Virus record (IMG/VR): IMGVR_UViG_3300034004_000005
From: a virus
Length of the DNA: 64,000 nt
Reading direction: 5' to 3' (one strand)
Part shown: positions 56,801 to 64,000 of the stretch, in pieces
How positions within the stretch are numbered: position 1 is the stretch's first letter
How the letters are laid out: each line of letters begins with the position of its first letter
Notes under the pieces: model-generated
Told to the model about the DNA's origin: nothing
Database searches by the model: none
The model's input: only the letters and a program-made list of their open reading frames with translations
Program-made: the position numbers and the translations under genes

Positions 56801-58443
56801 GTAGGGTTGCTGGCGACAGCTTTTTCGAACGCTCCTCGTACCGTCTCGTAGATCGCAGGAGCTTTCTCGACTGCGATGTTGGCAGCGTTCGTCATGCTCT
56901 TCACGGAGAGAGGAGCACGATCAGCAGCTTCGTTCAGGATCCGCTCGCCTCGGTTTACCAGGGGCTGGAGGACTGCTTTCGCCCCAGCAATAGTGGCCCG
57001 AGTTGCACCCTTCGCAGCAGCTACAGTGCCCCGTACAGACGCACCAGGAGCAGCAAGCACACCAGCTGACAGGCTGCCCAGAATGGCACCTTCAGCCAGA
57101 CCTTCGCCCACGTCCTGACCGATCTCCCGGCTGTCGTTGGCTAGTTCGTTGATCGCCGTGTTTGTGAAGAACGGCTGGGCTGCACCCTGAATACCTTCTT
57201 CGACCGCCTCACGACTGGTCACCCGGGTCAAGCCAGCACGGGCAAGACCACCGATACCTTTGCCCTCGAACCCGCTAACAAGCCTGCCAGTCGCACCACC
57301 GACCAGACCGGTACCGAGAGAAGCTAGACGGGCAGCATCCTGAGCGATCTCAAGCTTGGCGTCCTCATGGGACAGGCCTTTCGCTCGAAGCTCACGATAG
57401 AATTCAGAGCCTTCCTGAAGCTCCTCAGGCGACATCGACATGACATCGTTGGCGGTTGCGTTGAAGCCGCTTCCAGCTTCCATGAGACCGATTGCCGTCG
57501 GCACAGCAGCCATCTGCCCGGCACGAGCCCCGGCTGCTTCCAGAGTAAGAGCCGTGGAAACAGACATACGGTTCGGACCAGCCATGAGGCCACGACGAAC
57601 AGCAGCATTTACAGGAGCTTGGATTGCTCCGCTTACACCACGAGCCAAGGGGCCTACTGCCAGCATCGAAGCACCAGCACTGATCGTGTCACTGATCGAG
57701 ACAGTGCTATCTTCGTTCAGACGGTCACCTGCATTAAGGATGCCCCGACCAATCTGCCGCATGGAAGTAACGAAGTCGCTCTTACCGTCTGCACGGTCAC
57801 GTTCTACACGACGATCATTATCTTCGCCGAGCAGCTGACCGTAAACTTCATTTACCTGTCGACGATCCTGAAGCTCTTCTGACTGAACGCTCTTTTGACC
57901 TTCGTCCCACTCTTGAGTTTTACGAGCAAGCCAGGGACCAACACTTCCCCCACCTGTCAGGGGATCGATGTACAGACTGGCACCGAGAGCACCGATACCA
58001 CCAGCGATATTGGTGAAGCTCCGGGTCACATCGAGAGTCGCATCTTTTGCGATCTCCCATCCGCTACGAGCAGGCATACTGGCAACACGACCAACCAGGG
58101 CATTCCCCCGGCCTACCTCTGCCAGCATGGCATTAGCTTCGGCATCACCGTATTTGTCCCGGAGCTCGAACGGCGTCATTGTCGCCTGATCACGAGCTCG
58201 ACCTTCCGGCAACGTGTCCTTTCCGACCCGAGCCTGGAGAGCGACCTTAATCAGTTCCGAAGCATTTCGAGCTGCAACTGGTGTCGGTTGAGTGATCTGG
58301 GCAAATCGATCAATGCGATCTTCGCTGGCCAGACGAGCTTTGAGGGTCATGGCCGGTTCGGGAACCGTCCAATTATCCCTGGAAGCATCTATCCGAGCAC
58401 GAGTTGCTGCCTGATCGAGAAGGTCCTGAGCTCTCGTTGCCAT
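47851..58443 (-). CDS. Virion-encapsidated giant RNA polymerase (N4 gp50-like vRNAP), 3530 aa
   Basis: A single 10.6-kb ORF opens the leftward late block, as in N4. A T7-like motif B (R-x3-K-x7-YG) reads RGLIKNPATITIYGSG, encoded at ~53285-53330. The size matches the ~3500-aa N4 vRNAP. Confidence 0.85.
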   Translation of the reverse strand: MATRAQDLLDQAATRARIDASRDNWTVPEPAMTLKARLASEDRIDRFAQITQPTPVAARNASELIKVALQARVGKDTLPEGRARDQATMTPFELRDKYGDAEANAMLAEVGRGNALVGRVASMPARSGWEIAKDATLDVTRSFTNIAGGIGALGASLYIDPLTGGGSVGPWLARKTQEWDEGQKSVQSEELQDRRQVNEVYGQLLGEDNDRRVERDRADGKSDFVTSMRQIGRGILNAGDRLNEDSTVSISDTISAGASMLAVGPLARGVSGAIQAPVNAAVRRGLMAGPNRMSVSTALTLEAAGARAGQMAAVPTAIGLMEAGSGFNATANDVMSMSPEELQEGSEFYRELRAKGLSHEDAKLEIAQDAARLASLGTGLVGGATGRLVSGFEGKGIGGLARAGLTRVTSREAVEEGIQGAAQPFFTNTAINELANDSREIGQDVGEGLAEGAILGSLSAGVLAAPGASVRGTVAAAKGATRATIAGAKAVLQPLVNRGERILNEAADRAPLSVKSMTNAANIAVEKAPAIYETVRGAFEKAVASNPTVAEAAQKSSEAMKNFLARMPVQPDEIAALPVREKIKAVVAGARTRFDLVNQLATFIESSKSSPEEKAEAAAELHKQLQENDDAGVQSLEAYDVLEDTEEGKTVASELKRYNEVLKGLRNTPVVQNAMGKIKEIMAKAKVTSAPTVENINTAVAVAEVAPDKIDPNAIDGLLQEEQKGTIQLSDYQRNALMTARNLARVAMQHQEAAAKLKTSPSVVTDQILTETTGKGEKQPSAIEHARIITDAMRVGDAESATKQFQRLRNLGETLFNKVAAINQHLQNGDGQQSKGIQYENFTASGVWRKSQTRAWVNATVPSTIDFAQRVENDARAVAGIVNSLTEIYPELGIEKLQVTSLAPELKGDPVEAARRNAQAKAKPPVEAPVAETIEAAPPSEAKAEPEQTAEEKTGFTEEQLNQAAKTEVELREQDRQPELDLRAPEPKAKPEPKAEPRREVLPSAKPSSEPMAEATPAPEPAPVEKVEEKPDRFAGLKGYFTKAFKPSSNERSRLVDVDRPVSKIRDVLSSAEKFVEFLGKNSRSELTPEIASNYQSLMKSSKGLGETLNKQLNARLSQVLDGKTVEQHIFDGTLLTRKTDSKDGRSKKGDTYDILLKPDGKSLNLLIEQDGKLVYDPALLGGAILAGLQWTLVAGRYWSKLDTEKGAEILGLSEAQAEKFMDDLRAGLGVIETKKSLANMIQQFWGVSINRDTDEALSRGIAESMASEVLSAMVENDLIGSHKFTVTREDGLKEPKKDFERFVPMDLKGSPIESYPSAIEEAVLIDHEPEYHVGIPPQRVARTQMNNPRVENTAEARKAIEHENKTPYLANIPLITLWQSMGENMMIRLFGHPDIDKRPLNVEHKAKLKGQNLTLTSAITTVGRLINQLEHWANSNGKTVEEAQVFFDHNMSKVGRMQQLGRNSPQASKLVREVYLPMKSTLDLSDLQGDGFSRYGLALAQALGEKVDRSLRADTVDKILVKLEAEYAPAVEILTRWHQDPFALTAKDVDTIRESLGGEVEPMGFHALFDYARYKATDAEGRKSFTTQLYVEADGVANGISNAIMMTNSNHFDEEQIANMAKAGVFLRNPQQTMNQHRQSVNVDLYGTAANRLYEILSGERTDVGNQINVKLLNNLLDLLETVGGGVKTVVDEAAEGGTRREYDRGLIKNPATITIYGSGEKGIAGNIVNDLLSKVYERMSEASEKMAADKSLSFADAMFKDKASTDQTSEQLLNDFVTKLFELGSPLVSVANGVKTPKINPETFKVSNEQFDEMVGHVHALFVKPLRQVISDTVGQSVMNSMEAIRIAGQSQGIFLKYAYQAEFLKRMEGKNADEALSPKEQDEVFESLSGLSPVIDTGNQRFYPAGSQSSEFGQTEFGRALSGKYRTSSYFNLPENPGVRTMPMMVIGNGDAFMMQTMATMKNAVEQTIKIFDGVNVALHLMDESSRQANEAAWAAMMQNPVANVLKSYRTFMQNADFNNTTNEQHAELVQALLGFGAKPAKISRADVRELMTNLVAEMEGISQSIEARHRVLKRVKLSVDQMAAVGVPFQQSGDIDLSELSEQEAVKRLNDELRAELAKIRSETAQEATEKPVQAQPAEEAGNIADELLDASRDLGNGIRSISRTELGRMVPKLKIPAGQKLMLAEIMRSLSVKGYRVINGSIDNIRNWATANGVQGPPIREGQVQGYISFADKIIYTANATSETLTHELIHAATFETLVNGYTGGSFGENGQIVRDAIKRIEALANQFVGLSKIEGQIPVQAEDAYNNTRAAMREHLRKGTPVGKAAALNEFMAWALSNQELMDLLSQKEATPLARLAKDVVDAIKKLIWGKRAGLPVADDMLSNLQFNAGILINSAPTVQEIVTEQGLFQNQTFGTDERLTKIHQTFERKITAFMDVDPILMRDRDRRHDDAIMLVNDIVRDAEIHFPMNMQESGTFSVIVGALALQTELDPNSINEVGKLYAHVIKELTPESFMPENSTDPLVDRYYAQKKFDFIVGRIGQQKDTYNRSTLLPVFLGLATVNEDFRRVLRSVPVPKTELNKWDSVDNVLENAGTYLMDKLSATVSGADRDAPNVASAIAVLTDHIVEVAQDKQMWIDTVVTKGHGVVDTINDAFVGAVQQGAETVIARAQQIQAATNNRLVQGGAKVAEITASLIHDRKAGELAQGFMSMVNKTNLPKWMSDLANEVVGRTDSNASVYDMIKLVRARVQQLRQVFREDLPRIIKSRFSRELKKHEWTHLFKMAKADLGALQGMTEDQIVDLFKTPGAVTSKVTDAEQQVSSLAGSNWTLIQRKSKELAEFMNTGKVPWKMLRNAKAIASLHGEGVYQPGRANPSVALIQAIDNLVSLYAIEGLNQETKANLETLANSEAAGMSFMISYLIGQRKDELDKVSRSSLAEANHYKGYMPSEAALGASLIVEEISKEGQLLARGYRKVAEYNGSRGEGNTVRKAYYFSPVSGRGTFNQGIIQNVRETASGVDPLTGFTNSMITAGQITDPNEVSMIKRRLARNDNTLETLMPLYDETGEVIAYERAIDPVHDAKLGRNTNIAEMIGAWHGRQIEEEQSRLFNRVLAQRAKALWTSEKTLKADEYVNLFGTLTDPVLKDAVSLMNNETRDYIESQFGKDQFWVRKDMLNDVMGYRNASLGDSWTGISRWPKPTQEAFKKLATGVFGVDAYRYIMLAERGWQNLVQDAKVLIVIKSVIVPVANLAANFLQLLSRGVPVNDILRGMPKKTAEIQDYMESRRRLIEVEAELRAVGSNTDKRNKLQAEERAINDSHRRLSIWPLINAGEFASISDVTITQEQLTLSEGRLTEFVEKLTSKLPGPVQTLGRYAIISRDTALFQGLQRAIQYGDFLGKAVLYDHLTKKKGESHEQAMARITEEFVNYDRLPGRTRGALETNGLMWFWHFKLRSMKVGMSIIRNNPVHALLAMSIPGLFGAELPGSPITDNAGAIFLDPQRSAYSLGLDQMIQAHFLNPWYNLIK

Positions 58444-59291
58444 TAGTCGGGTTGCCTAAGCATAGCTTCGAGTTGTCCTTGAACTGATTCGAGTCGACGC
58501 TGTAGCTTAGGGAGAAGCTGAGCAGCTGTGGGATTACCGGCTTGAGCCGCCTGCATGGTATTACTTACCCGCATTGCTGCCTGATCAACGATAGCCTTCT
58601 GAGCTTGTAGAGCTCCATTGGCTCGCTGTCTGGTTTGAGCCAAGGAGATATTCTTGTCGGCAACACCAGAGTTGATCTCGTTGACGTACTGATCAACCTT
58701 GTCTTGTTCGATCACTCGGTCGCCACCGATGTCACGCTCATTTGTGCCCATTCCACCGAACGTAACGACGTTGGCTGCACGGCTGAGATTTTCCCAAGCA
58801 CGTCCAAGCGTACCCTTATTGGCTCGCTGCTGGATGCTGTTACGCATGATCTCACCAGCAGTCGCATAGGTGATGTTCTCACCACGAGCAGCAATCTCTT
58901 GGAGGCGCTCTTCGATGTATTCCTGAGCAACACCCTTGAATGCAGGTGTTGCACGGAGCCTTGATGCGACAGCTGAGAGATCGCTACCGTCTAAACGGGT
59001 CTTGGCATAGTCGAGAGCAATCGACTGCTTCATGTCTTTCGCAAAAGCAGTAGTTCGCTTGTCCTGGCGATCTTTGACAGCATCAGCTCCGAGAGCCGCA
59101 GTCTCCGTGTTGATCACGATTTCGTTATCGCTCATTCTCTGAGCGTCGAAACCAGCTTCACGGTAACGCAGCAGTTCTGCAAGCATAGGATCAGCAGAAG
59201 CATTGAAGCCCCTGTTTACTGACGTCCCACCCGGTCGAGCTGCACTGAGTAGTGCATCACGAGGATTACCGTTCCCACGAACTTCAGCCAT
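58443..59291 (-). CDS. Putative internal virion protein (282 aa)
   Basis: The TAATG junction couples it to the vRNAP gene. It is helical and Ala/Gln/Arg-rich. Function is inferred from position only. Confidence 0.6.
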   Translation of the reverse strand: MAEVRGNGNPRDALLSAARPGGTSVNRGFNASADPMLAELLRYREAGFDAQRMSDNEIVINTETAALGADAVKDRQDKRTTAFAKDMKQSIALDYAKTRLDGSDLSAVASRLRATPAFKGVAQEYIEERLQEIAARGENITYATAGEIMRNSIQQRANKGTLGRAWENLSRAANVVTFGGMGTNERDIGGDRVIEQDKVDQYVNEINSGVADKNISLAQTRQRANGALQAQKAIVDQAAMRVSNTMQAAQAGNPTAAQLLPKLQRRLESVQGQLEAMLRQPD

Positions 59292-59317
59292 CTTATACCC
59301 CCTGCCCTTGCTTCAGC

Positions 59318-61309
59318 TTAGCCGAAGCGAGCTCTTGCTGCTATAGCACGGTTCCGCAAAAGTGCGGCTACGTTGGTGGTCTGACGAGCGTCGCCCTCGT
59401 TACCAGCAATCCGAAGGGGAGCTGGTCCACGGTTCATCATCTCCATCAGCATTTGCTCTGCAACTGCCGGTCGAGTGGGAGCAACCTGAGCTTCTTCCAT
59501 GCTCCGGCTGCCACCGTACAGACGCCCAGACAGCGGGTTCACAGGACTGGTCGAGTCCACAGGCTGAGCATCCCGCATCAGCTGTTGCTGAGGTACAGAC
59601 GAGCTGCGATCATCGAAGTAAGTGTCACGACGAGCCAACTGGACAGGAGCAGTCGGAGTTGGACCGACATTACCACTCCCACTCTCACCAGCAGCGATAT
59701 ACTGGCGAGCTTGTTCCCACGGCATCCGACGGACAGCCTCGGCTTCCTTCAGCGATAGGGAGACCCATTGCTTACGAAGAGCAGCAGCTGATCCACGGTG
59801 ATCTTCGAAGATCGCCCGACCAATACGATCCTGGCTCTCCTGGTTAAACGGCACATCCTGCCAGTTCTTCCCAAAGACCTTCGGAGCATAGCCACGCATC
59901 GTCTGACCAACGATCTGGTACGTGCCCATAGCTGAGCTATCCGCACCAGCCTTGTTAAGCTGCTTGGCGAACGACGAGGCTTCACCCAGCGTATCAACAC
60001 TGGGGGGTACATGCGTGAGACCAGTCTTTCCCCGGGCCTCGTAGTTGAGGATGTTGTGCGGGCCCTTGCCCTGCATACCAGGAGCAGCAGCTCGAATGAG
60101 CTGAGCACGAGGATCCTCACCGCCGAAACCGAACGAACCGGCTGCTGGACGAAGAAGAGCTTCAGCCTCATTGGCCTGATTGCGACGCCCGATAGCTTCC
60201 CAGTCCGGCTGACCACTTGCGAGGGTCGGCTGGATATTTGGGATACCGTCCATCGAGAAAGCGGCAGGCCTTGGTGCAGTCGGGTTAACCGGCAAACCAG
60301 GCTGAGGATTAGCTACAGGAGCAACGTCACCTGCCGGAGGTGCATCGGGATTGAAGCTCTTGAAAGCATCAGGAAAACGCCGACGCATTTCCTCATAGAT
60401 CAGCTGACTCTGCCGACCACGATTAGGACCTGCTGGAAGTCCCCCGACCGCAGTACGATATGCGTTCTGAACATCCGTAGGTGTCGCATCAGGTTGCAGA
60501 CCATTGATCGCATTTGTCGAAGTCGTGTAATCATTTCGATCATCTTCCGATGAACGAAGTTGAAATGCACCAGTGTCTGCATCAACTTTGGCCCCACGAG
60601 TCTGCTCTCGAACAAGAGCAGGGCGTTCTGCTTCAGTAGTTCCTTGGTTATAAACCAGGCGATTACTATTGATCTGACCAGTGAGATCAGCTTCACCGCG
60701 AGGAACTGTGAGTGTCCCGTTGATGTACTGGTCAACAACTTCCTGCGGCAATCCATTGAGGACAGCCTGGTTTTCCGGCAGCCGCATGAATGCTTGTGCT
60801 GCATCAGGACCTTTTTCAGCAGCAATGGCAGCACGCTGAGCATAGAGCTCACGGGCACCACGAACACGACCACGGTCCTCAGTGAAGACCGTTCGATCTT
60901 CCTGCCAAGCATTGTTGACCCGGGCATCCTGAGCATTCGACTGTCCGAGTTGATCTCCCTGGAGATTACGGAAGCGAATGTTCGAGTCGCCGAGCTGGAA
61001 GTTTTGGAGGTCCTGGGTCCGAGCTCCGATAGCAGCAATCGCTTCCGCGTTCAGATTACGCGGATCGTACCTCGCCATCAGGGATCCGTCGGCCTGAGCT
61101 CGACGGAGAGCTTCGGGGTTACCTTCGAAACGCATGAGGTCAGCCATGAGCGAGTTGCTCGTCTCACGACGCTTGTTCTCGTCCCACTCTTGCAGACCCG
61201 ATTTGGCAGTAGCCAGGCCTCGGCTAAGAGCATCAGCTCCCATCCGGTAAGCAGCGATGGAGTCCCCAAATTGGGGAGCATTTACATCACGCCATTGCAA
61301 TGCAGGCAT
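59318..61309 (-). CDS. Putative internal virion protein with lytic-transglycosylase-like domain (663 aa)
   Basis: ILNYEARG...SSAMGTYQIVGQTMRGYAP resembles the catalytic Glu and the S.A.G.(M/Y)Q motif of SLT/lysozyme-like domains. The N-terminal ~400 aa are low-complexity (Gln/Asn/Arg/Pro-rich). Confidence 0.6.
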   Translation of the reverse strand: MPALQWRDVNAPQFGDSIAAYRMGADALSRGLATAKSGLQEWDENKRRETSNSLMADLMRFEGNPEALRRAQADGSLMARYDPRNLNAEAIAAIGARTQDLQNFQLGDSNIRFRNLQGDQLGQSNAQDARVNNAWQEDRTVFTEDRGRVRGARELYAQRAAIAAEKGPDAAQAFMRLPENQAVLNGLPQEVVDQYINGTLTVPRGEADLTGQINSNRLVYNQGTTEAERPALVREQTRGAKVDADTGAFQLRSSEDDRNDYTTSTNAINGLQPDATPTDVQNAYRTAVGGLPAGPNRGRQSQLIYEEMRRRFPDAFKSFNPDAPPAGDVAPVANPQPGLPVNPTAPRPAAFSMDGIPNIQPTLASGQPDWEAIGRRNQANEAEALLRPAAGSFGFGGEDPRAQLIRAAAPGMQGKGPHNILNYEARGKTGLTHVPPSVDTLGEASSFAKQLNKAGADSSAMGTYQIVGQTMRGYAPKVFGKNWQDVPFNQESQDRIGRAIFEDHRGSAAALRKQWVSLSLKEAEAVRRMPWEQARQYIAAGESGSGNVGPTPTAPVQLARRDTYFDDRSSSVPQQQLMRDAQPVDSTSPVNPLSGRLYGGSRSMEEAQVAPTRPAVAEQMLMEMMNRGPAPLRIAGNEGDARQTTNVAALLRNRAIAARARFG

Positions 61310-61329
61310 GTCTATTCCCCCAGTTTATC

Positions 61330-61776
61330 TTAGCCGTTCCTCGGCATTGCCGAAGCGGGCAGTACAAGCTTGTTCTTTGACAAGTAAGCGTCAGCCTGAT
61401 CTTTGCTCATTCCCTGGACGAACGCACGGCTACCGATCTTGTCTTCAAGAGTCGTATTGTACGCCTGAGTTTGATTACGCAGGTTCGTGTTGGCGAAGTC
61501 ACGCTGGAACCTGAAAGCTTTCTTGGCGAGACCATTTGCCTGGAAAGAGCTGATCAGGGAGCCAATGGTACCGAGACCCGACAAGGCCAACTGAGCGGTG
61601 GGTACATTGAAGCCGAACTGGGTCGTTTGAGGACCCATCATTCCAGGCATTCCCATACTACCACCGGCTTGACCACCACCGATCATTGGGCCCAGATCAT
61701 AACCCGTCATACCAGGCCACTGGGCCATCGGTCCCCAACCGGGCAGCCCACCTCCAGGCATCGGCATTGTGCTCAT
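61330..61776 (-). CDS. Gly/Met/Pro-rich putative virion protein (148 aa)
   Basis: I prefer ATG 61776 (GGGGGAA SD 5 nt upstream) to track TTG 61794. The N-terminus is MSTMPMPGGGLPGWGPMAQWPGMTGYDLGPMIGGGQAGGSMGMPGMMGPQ. Confidence 0.55.
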   Translation of the reverse strand: MSTMPMPGGGLPGWGPMAQWPGMTGYDLGPMIGGGQAGGSMGMPGMMGPQTTQFGFNVPTAQLALSGLGTIGSLISSFQANGLAKKAFRFQRDFANTNLRNQTQAYNTTLEDKIGSRAFVQGMSKDQADAYLSKNKLVLPASAMPRNG

Positions 61777-61804
61777 GATTTCCCCCGTCCCCAAGACCTA
61801 GCCA

Positions 61805-63958
61805 CTAACGCGGCAGCTCTGTCCTTGTCGAATATGAGACGAACTCGTTAACCGTGTCCATCGTCATCTGTGCTATATCAGATCCTGTGAGCAATGTCCG
61901 TGTAAGAAAGGTATCGGACGACTCAGGAATGAAGGGCTTGAACTCCTGCACATAGGCAAGAGGATCGAACCGATCACTGGTCAAACTCATGGGGTCGATG
62001 GTGACCCCAGAATAACCGATGTTTTGCTCATAGAGATCCTGCACTCGCTGGAGGTCGAGCTTCGATTGATCCATGAGCTTCTGTGTCTTCTGGACAGTAG
62101 CGAGGGTGTCACCAGCCACGAAGCCAGCAATCCCGTTACCAACAGCAGAAGTCAGCTGGAGGATCGAAGGGATGCTCGACAGCGAGCTCAATGCCTGACC
62201 AAAACTCTGCCCAGCTATAGCAGCACTTCCGGCATAGAAAGTCGCCACGGTGAAGATGGTCCCGAGTAGGGCACCCCACTTCGCACCAAAGATCTCAACG
62301 CTCAAAGCCATGATGATCTTAGCGACGATCATCTGCACAAGTGTGCTGATGATGGCACCAACAATTAGGGCCACAATACCTGTAAGACCGATGGCAGTAC
62401 CGATAGCCGTTGCTGCTGCAATAGCAGGACCTGTGCCCGTACCAGCTGTCAGAACAGTGATCGCCACGATAGCAATGAAGAGGAAGATCTTGAAGATACC
62501 GGTCTGGTACCACTTCTTCTTCACAACCTTGTAGCTGTTGATCATCAAATAAGCAGTCGACGTCATCATCTGCGTCGCGTTCACCAGGCTCATTTCCTGG
62601 AGCGTCGCATGATGGAGAGGAACCAGGAAGCCTGACTCCTCGTCGTCCTGGAGAGCTTCAATCGCTGAGATCTCAACCGACTTGTTCTTGTAGATCAGGT
62701 TGTCGTGCTCCATCCCGACGATGGTCAGAGTACGCCAGGTATTTGCTGTCACCTGCCAATGCAGGTGGATCGGCATCTTTTCAGATGCTGATTTCAGGAT
62801 CACTTTGAAGAAGCTGTTCTTACCTGAGTAGACAGGTAGACCGTTCAACGGTGTGGTTCCCGAACCAAAAGTAAACCAGACGTCACCGGCCTTTGCTGTC
62901 GAGGTTTTCTTCCCGACACCCTGGGTGTGACTGATCGAGCTCCAGGTGATCTCGATATCGATATTCGTATTGAGGGATCCGTTGCTCTTGATCCGGACAC
63001 GATTACCGAAAGGCATTGGCTGCCTACCACGGTTCTTGGCCAGGATTGTTGAGATGACTCCACCTGCTGCTCCGACTTGGGTCTGCCAGTTGTTGACCGA
63101 GTTTTGGAAGCTCGTATTAGCAGCATCCCATGCGGCGAAGTCAGTCGTGCTCCTCGTCTGAAGAAGACGGCACTTATCGAAGAACCTGAAAAGGTATTCC
63201 CGAGCTGCACGGTCTTTCGTGTTCAGGGGAACCCCGAACATGATGTACGCATAGTCGATCTCTTTGAGATCAGGATTATCGGCCAGCTTGTCGATGATCT
63301 CCTGGATGTCGCCACCGGTCGCTTTCTTGAAAGCTTTCTTACCCAGAGTTGCGGCAGCCGGATTTACCTGGGAGACCCATTTGTTATTCAGACGGAGAGG
63401 GATCGCAGGGTAGAACTCTCCCTGGTTCCTGGTTCTCGTGATCATCTCGTCGAGAGCTGAATTGCCTGAGCCAACACGATAGATGAACATCTTCGGAGGC
63501 TGCCAAGCATTATTGCTGAGCAATACCTCATTGTAGATCACATAGATGTATGTGCCCGTCTGCTGTGCAGTAGGCGTGAAAGAGTGCTTCGAGCCATTGG
63601 CAAAGGTGATCGTGATCTCACCTGCTGCACTCATGTCCGAGGTCCACTCGGTATCGACATCATCAGGCCGATTTTCGAACATATACTGCTCGGCCCAGTA
63701 TGAGTAGGAGAAGGCTCCCACGTCGACATACTGGACGTTGATCTTTTTCCCGGCTGGAGCTGGGATCTGAAGAGCGATCACGTCTGAGTTCACCCGGATC
63801 TGGCTACCCAGATCACCGGTTGGCACACCAATCGCCTGATAGTTATTCTCAGCCCAGTGGAAGAAGTTTTTCAACTTCATGGCAGGACCAGCCATGTATC
63901 CACGACGGAGCGTACCGGGAATATCCGGTTTGTCTTCCTTGAAGACAGCACCCATCAT
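61805..63958 (-). CDS. Putative virion/ejection protein with a block of 4-5 transmembrane helices (717 aa)
   Basis: First ATG is at 63958; the track start 63961 is TTG. The central segment FKIFLFIAIVAITVLTAGTG...IGLTGIVALIVGAIISTLVQMIVAKIIMALSV...LLGTIFTVATFYAGSAAIAG is strongly hydrophobic. Confidence 0.6.
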   Translation of the reverse strand: MMGAVFKEDKPDIPGTLRRGYMAGPAMKLKNFFHWAENNYQAIGVPTGDLGSQIRVNSDVIALQIPAPAGKKINVQYVDVGAFSYSYWAEQYMFENRPDDVDTEWTSDMSAAGEITITFANGSKHSFTPTAQQTGTYIYVIYNEVLLSNNAWQPPKMFIYRVGSGNSALDEMITRTRNQGEFYPAIPLRLNNKWVSQVNPAAATLGKKAFKKATGGDIQEIIDKLADNPDLKEIDYAYIMFGVPLNTKDRAAREYLFRFFDKCRLLQTRSTTDFAAWDAANTSFQNSVNNWQTQVGAAGGVISTILAKNRGRQPMPFGNRVRIKSNGSLNTNIDIEITWSSISHTQGVGKKTSTAKAGDVWFTFGSGTTPLNGLPVYSGKNSFFKVILKSASEKMPIHLHWQVTANTWRTLTIVGMEHDNLIYKNKSVEISAIEALQDDEESGFLVPLHHATLQEMSLVNATQMMTSTAYLMINSYKVVKKKWYQTGIFKIFLFIAIVAITVLTAGTGTGPAIAAATAIGTAIGLTGIVALIVGAIISTLVQMIVAKIIMALSVEIFGAKWGALLGTIFTVATFYAGSAAIAGQSFGQALSSLSSIPSILQLTSAVGNGIAGFVAGDTLATVQKTQKLMDQSKLDLQRVQDLYEQNIGYSGVTIDPMSLTSDRFDPLAYVQEFKPFIPESSDTFLTRTLLTGSDIAQMTMDTVNEFVSYSTRTELPR

Positions 63959-64000
63959 CAATGTCTTCAGGAAGTCTGGCCGACCTTCTATGTCACCGGC

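Noticed and set aside
48472-58446. Many + strand ORFs inside the vRNAP gene (e.g. 53827..54804 of 325 aa, 57367..57882, 57895..58446, 48472..48984)
   Set aside because: All lie antisense to an uninterrupted 3530-codon ORF. None has an SD or a recognisable motif. Long antisense ORFs are expected in a 10.6-kb gene of ~55% GC.
1-64000. Prophage or mobile-element interpretation (integrase, att sites, transposase, flanking host genes)
   Set aside because: I recognised no integrase, recombinase, transposase or repressor/antirepressor switch, and every identifiable gene is phage-type. The organisation matches a strictly lytic N4-like genome, so no mobile_element feature is called.

Overview
This 64-kb window is most of the genome of an N4-like podophage (Schitoviridae-type organisation), not a bacterial chromosome segment. 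Layout: (i) 1-11175 holds leftward late genes. These include three fibre/host-recognition genes (one is a 713-codon ORF that runs off the left edge and is absent from the ORF track), large terminase, a DUF2829/Tad2-like protein and an N4 gp49-family protein. (ii) 11176-12148 is a ~970-bp non-coding hub packed with small hairpins. (iii) 12149-47617 is one long rightward block. It starts with ~30 small early ORFs punctuated by terminators and 3-nt-loop hairpins. It continues with the two subunits of a T7-like RNAP II (separated by 1.8 kb), an Ig-like decoration-protein gene, an AAA+/vWFA pair, dCTP deaminase, a phage MucR/Ros regulator, an NrdR-like Zn ribbon without an ATP-cone, ThyX, rIIA/rIIB-like genes and a MazG-like gene. 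The replication and recombination genes follow: SF1 helicase, family-A DNA polymerase, Cas4-like nuclease, primase, Sak4-like ATPase, SSB and a RuvC-like resolvase. (iv) 47851-64000 runs leftward again, with a 3530-aa virion RNA polymerase and four putative internal/ejection proteins. Capsid and portal genes lie outside the window. I saw no rRNA, CRISPR array, integrase or transposase. One tRNA-like fragment is noted but not called. The MucR homologue suggests an alphaproteobacterial host. The most interesting signals are candidate hairpin-type early promoters, a family of long leader stem-loops, a conserved GAACCAAGGAGA restart motif, and several candidate host-takeover or anti-defence genes. 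All functional calls rest on motifs read by eye and on synteny with coliphage N4. No database search or folding program was run.
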